Positions 63,432 to 64,000 of a stretch of 64,000 nucleotides of DNA are shown here, in pieces (position 1 is the stretch's first letter; every line of letters begins with the position of its first letter). The stretch is taken from positions 992,001 through 1,056,000 of the forward strand of contig NW_027266275.1 in NCBI RefSeq assembly GCF_022045235.1, given 5' to 3'. Below the pieces are notes generated by a model. That model did no database searches. It was not told the DNA's origin and worked only from the letters and a program-made list of their open reading frames with translations. Origin of the DNA: Haliotis cracherodii. Lineage: Eukaryota. Both the position numbers and the translations under genes were made by a program.

Positions 63432-64000
63432 NCACAAACACGCACGCACGCACGCACCCACGCACCCACGCACGTACACACATACACAGGCACACACACA
63501 CAAACACACACATATACACACTTACACACACAGACAGACACAGAAACCCGCGACCATTCACAAACACGCACGCACCCAAGCACACACACAAACACACGCA
63601 TCCACACTCACGTGCACACAAACGTACGCACGCAAGCGCACTTACAAACACATACAGACACATATACCCTCACACACAAACACGCACGCACACACCCAAA
63701 CACACTCGCGCGAAATCTCAGACGTGCATGCACACACACACGCACACACTCAAACGTATGCACGTGCATACATACACACGCACGCACAACCACAGACACG
63801 CACATCTACACACACATACTTACATATACGCACCCACAGACACGCACACCCACACCCACATTGTTACATCTACGCACCCACAGACACGCACATCCACACA
63901 CACATACTTACATATACGCACTCGTACATCCACACACACATACTTACATGTACGCACCCACAGACACGCACATCCACACACACATACTTACATGTACGCA
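63432..64000. repeat. (CA)n-rich low-complexity repeat
   Basis: direct. Confidence 0.9.

Noticed and set aside
62868-63663. ORFs spanning the N gap
   Set aside because: Produced by Ns and CA repeats.

Overview
Metazoan genomic DNA. The SINE families suggest a mollusc, possibly abalone-like, but this is inference only. The window holds the last 10 coding exons (+ strand, 21433-49712, 2246 nt, about 748 codons) of an invertebrate-type protein xylosyltransferase gene (oxt/XYLT/sqv-6 family: WSC domain, GT14 core-2/I-branching domain, Xylo_C region). All introns are GT-AG and the exon phases join correctly. The N-terminal TM/stem exons were not found and probably lie left of the window. By my rough tally a little over half of the window is tandem repeat: more than 40 unrelated mini/microsatellite arrays, which explain almost all long ORFs in the track. 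Also present are tRNA-derived SINEs, a second ~265-bp retroposon family, several MITEs, and an N-gap. Most notable: (1) four exon/intron junctions of the gene are themselves amplified into arrays of intact splice sites (17 donors, 15 acceptors, ~36 donors, and a more degenerate ~23-unit donor array); (2) four TE insertions sit in the terminal unit of an array; (3) a ~38-copy array carries a CTCF-consensus-like motif. No prokaryote-type system (CRISPR, operon) is supported.
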